DNA of 64,000 nucleotides, taken from positions 12,467,495 through 12,531,494 of the forward strand of contig JARFYF010000058.1 in the NCBI GenBank assembly GCA_030265395.1, given 5' to 3'. The position numbers were made by a program, and so were the translations under genes. Position 1 is the stretch's first letter; each line of letters opens with the position of its first letter. The notes beneath the pieces were generated by a model. That model made no database searches. It was not told where the DNA came from and saw only the letters and a list, made by a program, of their open reading frames with translations. Of this stretch, positions 52,209 through 64,000 are shown in pieces. The stretch is from Rhina ancylostomus. Lineage: Eukaryota.

Positions 52209-55200
52209 TTGGCTAGAAGTAATGACTATTTGATTTGTTGTTTACAATTAAAATGAATGAATGGGGTAACTCATTAGCCAGGGTGCTTCTCAGTGCATTG
52301 GTGCATTAATCTTCAGGATCCTCTATAGAATACAGTCTACCCCTGGATTTTTATTGATTGTAGAAAAACTTTTAATATTCTCGCTAATTATTGAGCATTT
52401 ATTTTACACCTCAAAAAGGTGTAAATTAACATTGTTGAAATAGGTCATTATCAAGTAATGGGACTAAATATGCTGCTGTGAGATTTTGAAAATAAGTAAG
52501 GAAACTAAGTGCAATAACATTTCATATATGTTGCAAATGAAGTTAAAAGCAAACATACACTTGGTATCCCACTCAGCTTTAATATGTTGCTCGCTGCTTT
52601 TTGGCATTTTTGAGATGCAGTGCACAAGAAGATTGACGTGCACATTTGAAGAGTTTAATGTCCTCTTGTCACAGGGAGTTTACCTTTGACTAAGATAAAT
52701 ACTGACATAGATCTGCACAGTCATTTGCAGCTGCTAACTTGAAAATGATTAAAATTATATTGTGGTTCAATGTTTTGTTTTTAACTGAAAATCCTGAAAA
52801 TAAATTGGAAATCACAAATTACAGATTTTTGAACTGAAATTACCTTTAGGAAAGCAGGTATTTTTCCTCTGTGTATAAATGTTATAAGTCCAGTTGCTGC
52901 TTAGGAAAATTTCCATTTTTGGCAGTCAGGAGTCTTTTTAACTGCAGTTGCCCCAATTTGTGTTTCTGGCCATGAGTTTTGATGGATTTTGGAAAACCAT
53001 TCGTGAGTGAGTGCAAAATGGTTTACTTGTTGTGTATCATTCCGTCTACTGTGGGGGAGAGCTAAAGGAAGAAGCCAGGACAGATGAATGTAGGCCAGGG
53101 TTGGTCTTGAAATTTATAGCCTTTTGGGTTGAGATGGGGAAACTAGTATAATCTATGTTTGTTGCCCAGGAAGAAACATACAGATCATCATCTGGCATTT
53201 CTCCAAGTAACCTGAAGACTAATTCCCAAAGCAGATTTTTTTTAAGCTCTCGGTTAACTTCCTATCTACGAATTTGATTTTTAGTGGAGCCTCAGTAATG
53301 TATGCATGGTGAAATCTTGGTGCTATCTTGCCTTCCTGTGGATTAAACTGCAATTAGTGCAACTTTTCTATTGTAGTTTGCGTATCATATTCACAAAACA
53401 ACCCTCTCATTACAATTTTTGGATACGATATAATCAAAATGCATTTTCTGTCCTTATTGTTAGTTTAGTCATAGGATTTGATATTGGCATCTTTGTTCAT
53501 AACATGCATCCTTCTTTAAATATTTCAACTGCAAAGACCAACTGTAATTTGAAACAGTGTTTGAAGTAGAATTCCACTTCTGATATTTTTAAAAAAATAT
53601 TTTGTCTTTGTAGAGCAGAGTATTCCTCTCTGAAACTGTGTAGCAATATTGAGCTGCCAAAAGACATCTGAGGAAAAATGCCTGTGAAGTATTTTGCCAC
53701 TGTGATCAGTGGATAATAAATTTGATTCTGAATACCATAACAATCTAATTGATTTAATTGAACAGTTCATGTTTTCAGTTGTTTTTTAGGATGATCCTTC
53801 AGCAAAAAATTGTATTGTATGTACTCCTTGTAACAACTATAAAGCCATTTTAGCCGGCTGCTGAAGGATCAAGAATATGTTAATCATGTTTGTCCTTTTC
53901 CCAGTCTTCTGTTTCTTAAAAATAGGTAGAACAGTAACAACGGGAGAGCTAAGTTTTGAATCACTCAGCGTAAGCAGCCTTAAGTGCAGGAATCTAAGGA
54001 AGACTGGAAAAGTAACAGTTAATGGCATGCAGATTCCCATCCCTCCCTTCCATCTCTGTTTCTTGTGAATTTTTATTTTGCTTTCCTATTCTGCTTATTA
54101 TTTTGAGTGAACTGTCGCAAACTTGATTTGTGTTTTATCTTGACCACTTTGGAAAAATTCGGTACTGTTTCATGGTTGGTCTCCAGTAAAGAGCCACATA
54201 TTGAAAGTTTTTTGTTTTTATAACAAACACCTCCTTTTTGAAAGCTAGTTAATAACAATTTGCATTTAAGGGGAAAGCAATAATTGGCTAATTACAATGG
54301 GAGAACTATACTGGAACACGTGGCTCTGTAGTGGAGATCAATCTCAGGATGGGGCTTGTGATGTACTCTCTGCAAAGTACATATCTAAAAGTCTCAATGA
54401 TTTACTGTGCCTATCAAATTGGCTGTTTATGGGTCTGAATCCTTTATGCCAGTTTATTACAAAGTCTTTGGGGAATAGTTTTGAATATCTTTACCAAATG
54501 GTCTAAAGTAAATAAGTATTCTGCAATGGTTACACCTGAGTAAATCTGTTTTTTTCCAACTTTTGGATCAAATGGTTTAACTCTTTCCAGCAATTTTCAC
54601 ACTTGTATCCTGTGTAGGGGCAAAGTTGTTCCTCAGGTCTAATGAGTTTAAATACCAACATTTTGTAAAAGTGCAGCAGAGATTTAATTGTAATCATAAT
54701 GACTTGCAGTTGTTTAATAACTTGTATTCATTGGTGCTTAGTTATAAGACTGCAGTTCAAACAAGTGCCTCTGGCATTTTTTGAGCACTTAACACAAGAT
54801 AAAGTACCCCCCCCAAACAATAATATAAAAAATGTATGTTAAACACAGTTTCTGTTTATTGAGTATTGCAATTGTACATTGTAGTGGATTTAGCAAATCT
54901 ACACCAATGGAAAGCTAAGCAAGGCTGTATCACCTGCAACATGAGTAGCATAATGTTTGTTCTGCTTTAGGATACTGCAGCTAAGGTTCTAATGTAACAT
55001 GGCATTGTTGCTGCATTTGCTTTAAATTTTCTCAAGTGTTTTTCAAAGTTTGGTTATAACTAAATTGTCTGGGTAAGCTAATTTGTCATTTTTTAAATAT
55101 CTATCTTCAAAAAAGGATTAATTTATCCATGTAACAGGGGGTGTTGAAATTGGTCATTTCAACTCCAGTGCATAGTCATTAATAATTCTTGTGGGATATT

Positions 55201-58200
55201 GAACATCACACCAGCCTGTAAACACTGCATTGTTATAATTTTGGATACATGGCTGCTGTTCAGAAACTAGGCATAATATCTTTTGTATACTTTAAATGTC
55301 AAAAGACCCAAGATCAACTTGGGCACTTCTTTAGTTGTCTTGAACTACATAACAAAGGAATAACACATTAACTACCTCAGCTCTTTGCTGGTATTTTGGA
55401 GAAGACCAATTCATGAATTTGAGATCTGGTAAATTCTGGGGTCCTATTGAAGGACTGTCACTTTGCCTTGGGCATTAACCTCCATTAGGTCTGCTGGAAA
55501 GTATATAAACTTCACTAATTGACACATGCTGGTGGATTTGGTATTGTTCTTTAAACATCTGGGGTAGATTTAACTAGCTTCATGATGCCAACTTCCAGAC
55601 TGATAGTAAGATTTATGTTATGGTTGCCTTATAATATCAAGTTCATTCTTAGCCATTTCACTTTTCATAGAATGCATATACATATGAGGTATGTCTGCTT
55701 TACTATATAATTTAGTTTGATATAAAAACACTCATTTTACTGTACAAGACAAGCCCTTTTCTTGCTGATAAGTTTGTTTGAAGACTTTTATTGTGAATTT
55801 AGAAGTTGCACTCCACACCTTTGTAAGCTTGTTGCACATTGGTCAACACGTGGTCCAAGGTTATATTTTCTATGGCCGTTTTCCATAACCTAATTCTCAA
55901 AATTAACAGCTATTGAACTCAGCTTCAGTTTTTCATAAATGGTTTTCAATGCTAGTGGCAGGTTTTGATAAAGGCTGTTGTGACTAGTTGGTAGAGAAAC
56001 TGGCAGATTCAGCTTTATGTCCTGGGTTTTCATCCAGCTATGATTGTTCAAATGAAAGGACTTTCATTCAGAAATGTGAGATCCATACTTAAAATAGTTG
56101 CCTCAGGAAGTGATCATATGGATGGTGACAGGTGATTCCTTTGAGGCTAGAATTGAGACATACTGTGCCTGATATTCAACTTCCAATTTGGGTATAAAAA
56201 TTGTGTTGATGATTGGGACCCTTCTAAAGAAACAGCTTAATATTTGGTTGTATTTAGATGAAATGTTGCACTTTTGCCTGAAATTTGATAACATTTCATT
56301 AACCTATGCTTTTAAACACATTTTAATAGTTTTGTGTATTGGATCTTCTGGTACCTTTTTCTCAAATATTTTTAAACAGTTGTAAAGACTTGACCAAGTT
56401 TTCTATCTAACTTGCTTCCTGTGCATAGTTTTAAAATGCCTAAAACAATGAAATACACCAGCAATCTGGAAAAAGTCAGAATAACCTCATTGATTACAAA
56501 ATAGTTTATCTTTGCATGCAGAGAACACCTTGTCATATTCTTTCTCTGGCTGTTACATGCAGGATAGATCAAACCTTCTTGTCAACAGTTTGAAGGCTAA
56601 AATTAATTTGCCCATAATATTTGATAAGTCATCATACTGTCTATAGTGTGATGGCAGATTAAAACTGTTCAGCTGATATAAGTTGTCCTACTCATTGCCA
56701 AAATCTAGATATCTTCAGTATTATATATGCTGTACCCTTTGCATTAGTCTTACTGTTTTCCTGTATTTTAGACCTAATGACCAGAAGTTCAACCCTTTTG
56801 AATTATTTGAAAGGCATCTTAAAATGAACTGTGCTAAAATATCAATGCAAGTATCCAATGCGTATGATGTCATTAGTTGCAATTTAGAAAGTTATGTATA
56901 CTAATCGAGTTTAATAAATTGATAGATTTTCTTTTTCTTTTTCTTTGACCTTATTTATGGCCATCAAAAACTGAACTGGAAACTTTAAATTTCTGTTTTG
57001 ATTCATGACTTCCTTTGCTTAACTTGTCAGAAAATTAGTTTGGGTGATTGTAGAAGCCACCGCACACTTTCAAATTAAGCTTTTTACCAGTTTTTGAACA
57101 AAAACCTATTTTAGCTTTCAGATTTAAAACTATTTGCAGTATTGATTTTTCTAATTATATTTGTCAAATAGTAAATTTTAATAAAGAAAACCACAAATCC
57201 GTTGCATTTACTGGTAACAAATATGGAGTGGTAGCCAACTTCTAAATAATTATTCTCTCAAAAATTAATTTTTATCTGTGATTATTTTAAGTGTGTTTTT
57301 GCAGTGGTGGAAATTTAGGAATGGGAAGCTTGGTATTCATTCACAAAATGGAATTATTCAAAAGTAGNNNNNNNNNNNNNNNNNNNNNNNNNNNNNNNNN
57401 NNNNNNNNNNNNNNNNNNNNNNNNNNNNNNNNNNNNNNNNNNNNNNNNNNNNNNNNNNNNNNNNNNNNNNNNNNNNNNNNNNNNNNNNNNNNNNNNNNNN
57501 NNNNNNNNNNNNNNNNNNNNNNNNNNNNNNNNNNNNNNNNNNNNNNNNNNNNNNNNNNNNNNNNNNNNNNNNNNNNNNNNNNNNNNNNNNNNNNNNNNNN
57601 NNNNNNNNNNNNNNNNNNNNNNNNNNNNNNNNNNNNNNNNNNNNNNNNNNNNNNNNNNNNNNNNNNNNNNNNNNNNNNNNNNNNNGACTGTGTATAGGTC
57701 ACACCAGAAAGTAAAAAGAATTTCCTCTGCATACAAGTTGCTCATTTTTCTCTGATCAAAGAAATAGATCTCTTGATAAATGAATGAAGCTTTTATATAA
57801 GAAATAAGTATGGGAATAGACTATTCCCCTACCCCCTCCCTCTGAGCCTTCTCTATTGGTCAAGGTCATGGTTGATCTTCTGCCATTTTCCTGCACTATT
57901 CACATATTCCTTGAGTCCCTTGATATCCATTTAAAAAGAGGACACAGTTTTAATGAATGTTGTAATTATTGTGCATTCTGCTTTGTCATTATTTTCTGAT
58001 ATTTCAATTATGGGAAAATGATATGCACATGACTTTACAGGTAATCTTTTAAATGTTTCCACTTAGTTGCCAGTGTGTCCAAGTTCACACTGCAAAGCCT
58101 CCATAATTACAATTAAGCTGTAAATTAATAAAGTTACCCTCAATAGGGAAAATTAGAACCTGTGCAATAAAGCAGATGAGAGTTAAAGTGCATTGTGAGA

Positions 58201-59203
58201 ACAGAATTAAGGATCTTTCCTAATGCATTTTGAGATGCTGTACGTAAGCAGTAGGAGTGTACATGTGATCTAGAAGTGCTAGAGGGAGAACTTGAATCCC
58301 TAATTCATCCTAATTCATTGATTTTCTTTTCCAGTACTTTCATGAGTACCAAATATATGCATTTGGACTTTATGTAAGCATTTTAGGTTACTTTTTTTCA
58401 TAAAGGCTGGCCAAATAAGTTGCAGCTGTATGTTTCAATCCATGTTTATAACATTTTTGTCATCAATAGGTATGTCCTGTGTTTTAATTGCATTGGAAAG
58501 AGAGAAACAGGATTCCTAAAATGTATTGAAGCCAAAATATTAGAAAGATGTGCTATCACAACTTAAATTGACATTCATTAATGGACTTTTTCCTGTAGAT
58601 TGATATCTACTTTAATATTTTGACTGATCCTTAGGCTTTTGGAGAAATGACATTATAGGGGATTCCTTCAACATGTTGCTTCAACTATATGAAATAAAGG
58701 TACATATAAATGAAAATTTTAATGAAATGTTTTCCATAACAGATCAGTGTAGGTATTCTCCTATGTAAGGTCCAAATTTTTTATCTGAAGTGTTTCCTTC
58801 ACAAAATGCAGCAAAAAATATTAAAATACTTTTTAAAAAATAACTGTCAAGCAGTTGATACTATGTCAGTATCCTTTTGAAATGATTAAAACAAATTTCC
58901 ACTTCTGTGACTATCACTGGCATGCACATCTTGGCAATGGCATATTGATTTTTCTGATATTCTCTTTTGAGACCTTCAGAAATATCCATCTTGCTTGAAT
59001 GAATTTGCTATTCATCTGTACTCATCTGCTTTCTTGTTCATCTTTGCTTTCATCTCTATTTTCAAAGTTTAATGTATATTGTTTAAATATTTTCTTTTCA
59101 GTTATGTTTATTTAACTTTCATCTTTCCCTTTTCTCCTGGTTCCTGGTTCCCCTGCATGCCACTAACTGCTTTCATAGTATGTTAATTGATTTGTGAATT
59201 CAG

Positions 59204-59307
59204 GCTGAATTGCATCATCAGCAGATGTCTGATCCAGATCTACTTGAAGAATCATCTTCTCTGCTGGAGCCAAGTGAACTGGGACGAGGTGCTCCCCTCA
59301 GACTTGG
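59204..59307 (+). CDS. ATP6V0A1: ATP6V0A1 coding exon 5 (104 nt long form; 83 nt if the acceptor at 59224/59225 is used)
   Basis: ttcag| AELHHQQ-MSDPDLLEESSSLLEPSELGRGAPLRL(G) |gtaacc; branch-point-like cactaac at 59161-59167. Confidence 0.95.
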
Positions 59308-61223
59308 GTAACCTAGTTTGCTATCTAAATACTACTCTACAATTCTAACTGTAGTTCCACTCACATGAGGTAAAATTTGTATGTTAGAATTATTTAAGAA
59401 AAATGAATGATAGCTCATTATGATAATTGGTTGTGGAAGATTTAGACTAAAAATAAGAATGTTAGGTTATTTAAATCACAGGTAATGCTTAAATAACTGA
59501 AGTAGCTGGTCTCTTTGCTCTTTTAATTTTAGCTTTTTTTTGCTTAAAATGAGCTTCATAAGTTAAAATCATTTTCACTGGTCATAATTTATGACACAGG
59601 TATGTTTAAATATAATATCTGTAGCATTGCCAAGCATACCTTAAACGGAGAGAAATTTTCCAAGCCTCTTCACGGGTTAAAGTAAAATAAGTCAAAAGTA
59701 GTGATGTTTAGAGTTGGGCAGAGATTTATTTTAAGAATTTAAGGGATTTAGCAAGGGAGAGGGAGGTTAAGGTAAGCAACTGACTTCTTTAAGTTGTGTC
59801 GCCACCTTTGCACCATCTCTGTAACCTTGCTAGCCTTTGTTTTTGTGTATCGCTCTACGTTTATCTGTTTGTGAGCTGGGCATTTTGCCTATAAGCAGTA
59901 GAACTTCCTCTTTACAGACTTTAGACCAAATATTTGATCACTTTGGTGATATTTTCTATGGTTGTTTTCTAAATTATTTTAATGGTGCCACTTATGTGGC
60001 ATATTTTCTAACTTTGAAGTACTTTTTAATGGAATCTGTTTTTGTGAAGCACTTTAAGGAGATTATAAAGAAAGAAATAAACCATATTTTGATTTTCTGT
60101 TAGGTCCTGCTGTGGGTAGCTGTGTGTCAGGCTCAGTAGTTAATGTAGCCTAACCAAACGTGGCAGTGGATACCTAAACCAGTTGTGTGCAGGATGCAGA
60201 TGAAGTATGTTGCTTGTTCTTGGGGAAGTAAAGGCGAAGTAAAAGGGAACTACCAGATTCAGACAAAGAAGGTTTTACTTGGTATCAGGCAGCAGTAATG
60301 AAGTTCACAGAGAAGCTGAACAAACTTATGGCTTTTAAGCTATTTTGAATAGGGGCCAAATACTAGGCAGTTGAAATATGGTTTTTTACCTGAGCAGATG
60401 TCAAACAAATTGGTGTTAGATGCTGGTAGTGAAGGAAGCACACATTAAATTTGCCATCTTCTGGAGGAACATGTGAATTTGTACCTTGGGTATGTGTACC
60501 TTGGGCTGTGGGGCAAGAATGTGCATTCATAATCTCAAGTTTTATGTAGATTTTGTAGATGATAATTGAGGGGACCTGTGGTTTTGTGAAAATGGTTAGC
60601 TGTTTGAATGGAGGGAGAAGCAGAGGAAAAGGATTAATGCAGATGGGTGAGAGGGCTGCACTGGAGATCAAGATTATTGTGGGATAGGTGGGGACATGTT
60701 GATTGTGAAGGAGAGTAAATGGTGAAATAAGGTCAATGCCCCAGTGAACTTAAAAGCTTATGTTAGGATTTGATTTTGTATTATGGTCTTTTCTATACCC
60801 TACTAGACAGCAGGATATGTATTTTATTCCTCATTTCATCCCTCCCTTCACACCATCTCCCCCCCCCCACCCCCCAACTCCTAAATAGTCTTTTACATTG
60901 AATTGCTTGGAGTTTGAATCTAGAATCAGCCAGTATCTTTCTAATCTACCAAATGAGACATTAAAAAATAAAATTGCTGAACTATTTATAAAATATGTTC
61001 AAGAGTTAATTACCACATTGTAAAACAAATTTCATGAGAGTGGTCCAAAATAAGATGCATGCATCACTTAGCAAACTTGAACTATATAATATTCTTAAAG
61101 AAGGTTACAGATAGAAAAATTAGTTATGATTTGTTTAGGTATTGATAGTTCATCATGTATTACAGTTTATATTTTGCAAATGTATATTATATAGCATGTG
61201 ACCATGCACATTCTTATGCACAG

Positions 61224-61350
61224 CTTTGTGGCTGGTGTGATAAACCGAGAGAGAATCCCTACTTTTGAAAGGATGTTATGGCGAGTATGCAGAGGAAATG
61301 TTTTTCTTCGTCAGGCTGAAATTGAAAATCCCTTGGAAGACCCTGTAGCT
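61224..61350 (+). CDS. ATP6V0A1: ATP6V0A1 coding exon 6 (127 nt)
   Basis: cacag| (G)[42 protein letters not shown] |gtaagt. Confidence 0.97.
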
Positions 61351-62634
61351 GTAAGTGCCATGAGTGAAGTTTTAACATAAGCTTGGGCAAAATAATTTTC
61401 AAAAATGAATAGCTCTATAACTCTGTGGGTTAATTTTGTGTTAACACTGTAGAATTGATTTTGAATTCAAATCATTGGAAACAGGGCTAATCCATTGTTA
61501 ATTAAAGCAGTTTTAGAATAACTACCATTGCAGCTTTTAGTCCCAATGGGATTGGCATTTCTTTCCTAGGAATATTAAATTTTGGTTGTAATGATCTCCC
61601 GATGTTTGCTGTCTTGAGGGTATGCACAAGCATAGTGTTGACAGCTAGTAGTTTAACTGTGTCTATAGTAAAAGGAGGCAGGTCTCTGCTGATTGATATC
61701 CACAGGTTGTTTTGGGTACAAGGGCAGGTAAGTGATAAAGTTATGTATGTTTTCAGATAGTGAAAATTCCAATCTGTTTTGTTTACATTTCACCAGCTTG
61801 TGCTTTTATTTATAATTAGAACATTGCATCTGACTTGTGTGATTTCAGCTCCATGAATAATGCACAGATCTAAAAAAAACTGGATCTGTGCAATGTAGCT
61901 GTTTGATACTTTGAATNNNNNNNNNNNNNNNNNNNNNNNNNNNNNNNNNNNNNNNNNNNNNNNNNNNNNNNNNNNNNNNNNNNNNNNNNNNNNNNNNNNN
62001 NNNNNNNNNNNNNNNNTGTTTGATACTTTGAATATAAGAAGCTTTTTGTATTGTAAAAGATGAATTAAGTAGCAATGAGAGACCACATTGTGACATCATG
62101 GGAGAAGTACATTAATTCTAAAGTATTGGAATTTGAATGTTTTCTTTAATTAACCCTCCTCCAGAAAATCATGGAAAAGGAAGCTAGAGAGATTGGAGAA
62201 AATGAATAAAATTGCTATTAATCATGGTTATTTTGTAGATTTAAAACAATTATATTTCTGATATATGACTGTACACTAAAGGAATGAATGTAGTCCATAG
62301 TATTGGAATTAATTGGGCTTCGTGTCCAATAATGTATGTTGTGTTAAGGCAATATTTTTATATTTACTTGCCAACAATGGGTAATAAACATGGCTTTATT
62401 TGTATTGCAAGTAGCTTTTTTTTAAATAAAAAGCTGATTATAATTAGTGACTAACTTATGTTTGAAGAGGGCAGATGATACAATTTACTAATTTTACAAA
62501 AAATATTTAATAATTATGAATATGCCCACATAATTTATCAACATGATATTCTAGCAAATCAAATATGCAATAATTTAAATATTTTGTCGTCTTAGGAAAG
62601 AAGGGGTTTCAGATGAATGTGTCCTTTTTTTTAG

Positions 62635-62717
62635 GGTGGTCAGGTGGACAAGTCTGTTTTCATCATTTTCTTTCAAGGTGACCAACTGAAAAACAGGGTG
62701 AAGAAAATTTGTGAAGG
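62635..62717 (+). CDS. ATP6V0A1: ATP6V0A1 coding exon 7 (83 nt); gene continues beyond the window
   Basis: ttttttttag| GGQVDKSVFIIFFQGDQLKNRVKKICE(G) |gtgaga. Confidence 0.97.
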
Positions 62718-64000
62718 GTGAGAATAGTATTTTTGTTGATTTATATTCTGCATATGTTTAATTCCTGTTGCTTGTACATGAGACCTTATTATCAGTAATG
62801 CTATAATGACGTTACTGTCTGAAAGCTAATTATTTTAAAGCTTGACATTTTGTCAATAATTGTCCAGGAAGTTGCCAAATTCATGATTTATAGGTTTTAC
62901 TTAATGACTTTCCAAACCATCAATCTTCTTAATTTTCTAAGTGAGGCCATAAAACTGGTGCTTTATTTAGTAGCTGCACTTGTAAGATCACTTGTAATTG
63001 AGCTACTTAACCATTCTCAGTGGTTCAGAAGAGAACCATTGTTGAGGTCCTCCTTGCTGGTCAGCATGTTTGTGACTTGCATGCCTGCACAGTGCAGTGT
63101 GGGTGCACAGAATGTGTTGGAGTTCAGATGGTGGCGCATCTGACCTCCCACTCTGCTCCTGGACTTAGCACTGATTTAGGGAAATTTCACATCACACTGA
63201 GCTGAGAAACTGAGAGCGCTTCATGTCTGACATCTCAACTTATCTGGCACAGTCCTTTTCATTTGAATTGGGTTGGCAACTGGAAGGAAACGGTAAATTA
63301 ATATATGCTTGTGTTTTTATAATTTAATAATTTTAACTTTAGATAAATATACTTCTAAACATTATAACACTTTCAAAGTTCTAAGGCAGTAATTTTTAAG
63401 TGTCATTGATCATTGGAGATATTTAGAAATAGATGAAGATACCTTCAGACTATTGAGGTGGAATGGGGCAGGGCCATGAGTTCTATCACATGAAGTTGAA
63501 GATGCAGCTGATGGACCTCTGCTTCATGGCACAGCTCTGGGAGTGAGACCTCTAGGTCAGTTGAACCAACATGGTTACTAAAGGCCAGTGTGAACTTAAG
63601 GCGCAAGCCTGGTTGAGCAGAACCTGACCCATTATCTGTACTTATGTTAACAAGAGCCTTGATCTTGTAGGTTCAGAGCCTCCCTCTATCCCTGCCCAGA
63701 AACTCCTCATGAACGAAAGGAAATGTTAGCTGGTGTCAACACACGAATTGATGATCTTCAAATGGTATTGTATTCATTTCTTGGGACACTTGTGTCTCAG
63801 CTTTTGTATACTTTCTGCATGATTTAGAGGCATTTTGAGATGTTAGTGGAAAAATAGCCTTTAACTGCTGAATGTCTTTGGCTTTCTAACTGTGTATCAG
63901 CATAACTTCTGTATTATAGCCTCAGCTATCTTCTATATTGTTCTACAAAATGGTATTTGAATATTGTTCCTTTTTGCTTTTAGTTCATTGGCATGGCATT

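Noticed and set aside
54591-54636. Acceptor-like ctctttccag with downstream cag|gtctaa
   Set aside because: 46 nt, not frame-preserving, poor donor.
57305-57332. Exon-like segment ttttgcag|tggtgg...gcttg|gtattc
   Set aside because: 28 nt (frame-shifting), weak donor and next to a gap; not counted among the micro-exon candidates.
57291-57755. ORFs spanning N-runs (also at 6.6, 9.2, 16.7, 51.6 and 61.9 kb)
   Set aside because: Their length is created by X-translated gaps.
59102-59177. Possible extra exon ending at cata|gtatgt
   Set aside because: It would leave a 26-nt intron and overlaps the branch-point region of the real exon.
61900-62032. Direct repeat tgtttgatactttgaat on both sides of an N-gap (similarly ttgaagaa at 6653/6761)
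   Set aside because: Most likely overlapping contig ends or a collapsed tandem repeat, i.e. an assembly artefact.

Overview
Eukaryotic draft-assembly window with many N-gaps. Its repeat landscape (CR1, L2, Rex/Babar and Penelope remnants, V-SINE and Deu-SINE) suggests a cartilaginous fish; the taxon is inferred, not shown. Two genes are divergently transcribed. CAVIN1/PTRF coding exon 1 is on the minus strand (4648-5082), with exon 2 off the left edge. The 5' part of ATP6V0A1 (V-ATPase subunit a1) is on the plus strand: CpG-island promoter at ~40.3 kb and seven coding exons from 43755 to 62717, continuing off the right edge. The ~35 kb between them is mostly decayed transposable elements. The most interesting signal is in the 8.8-kb ATP6V0A1 intron 50405-59203: four candidate frame-preserving, stop-free phase-0 micro-exons (27, 15, 18 and 39 nt), next to a 21-nt alternative acceptor (AELHHQQ). 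These are predictions from splice-site reading only and need RNA evidence. Most other ORFs in the supplied track are spurious or TE-derived. Repeat boundaries are approximate unless exact junctions are given.
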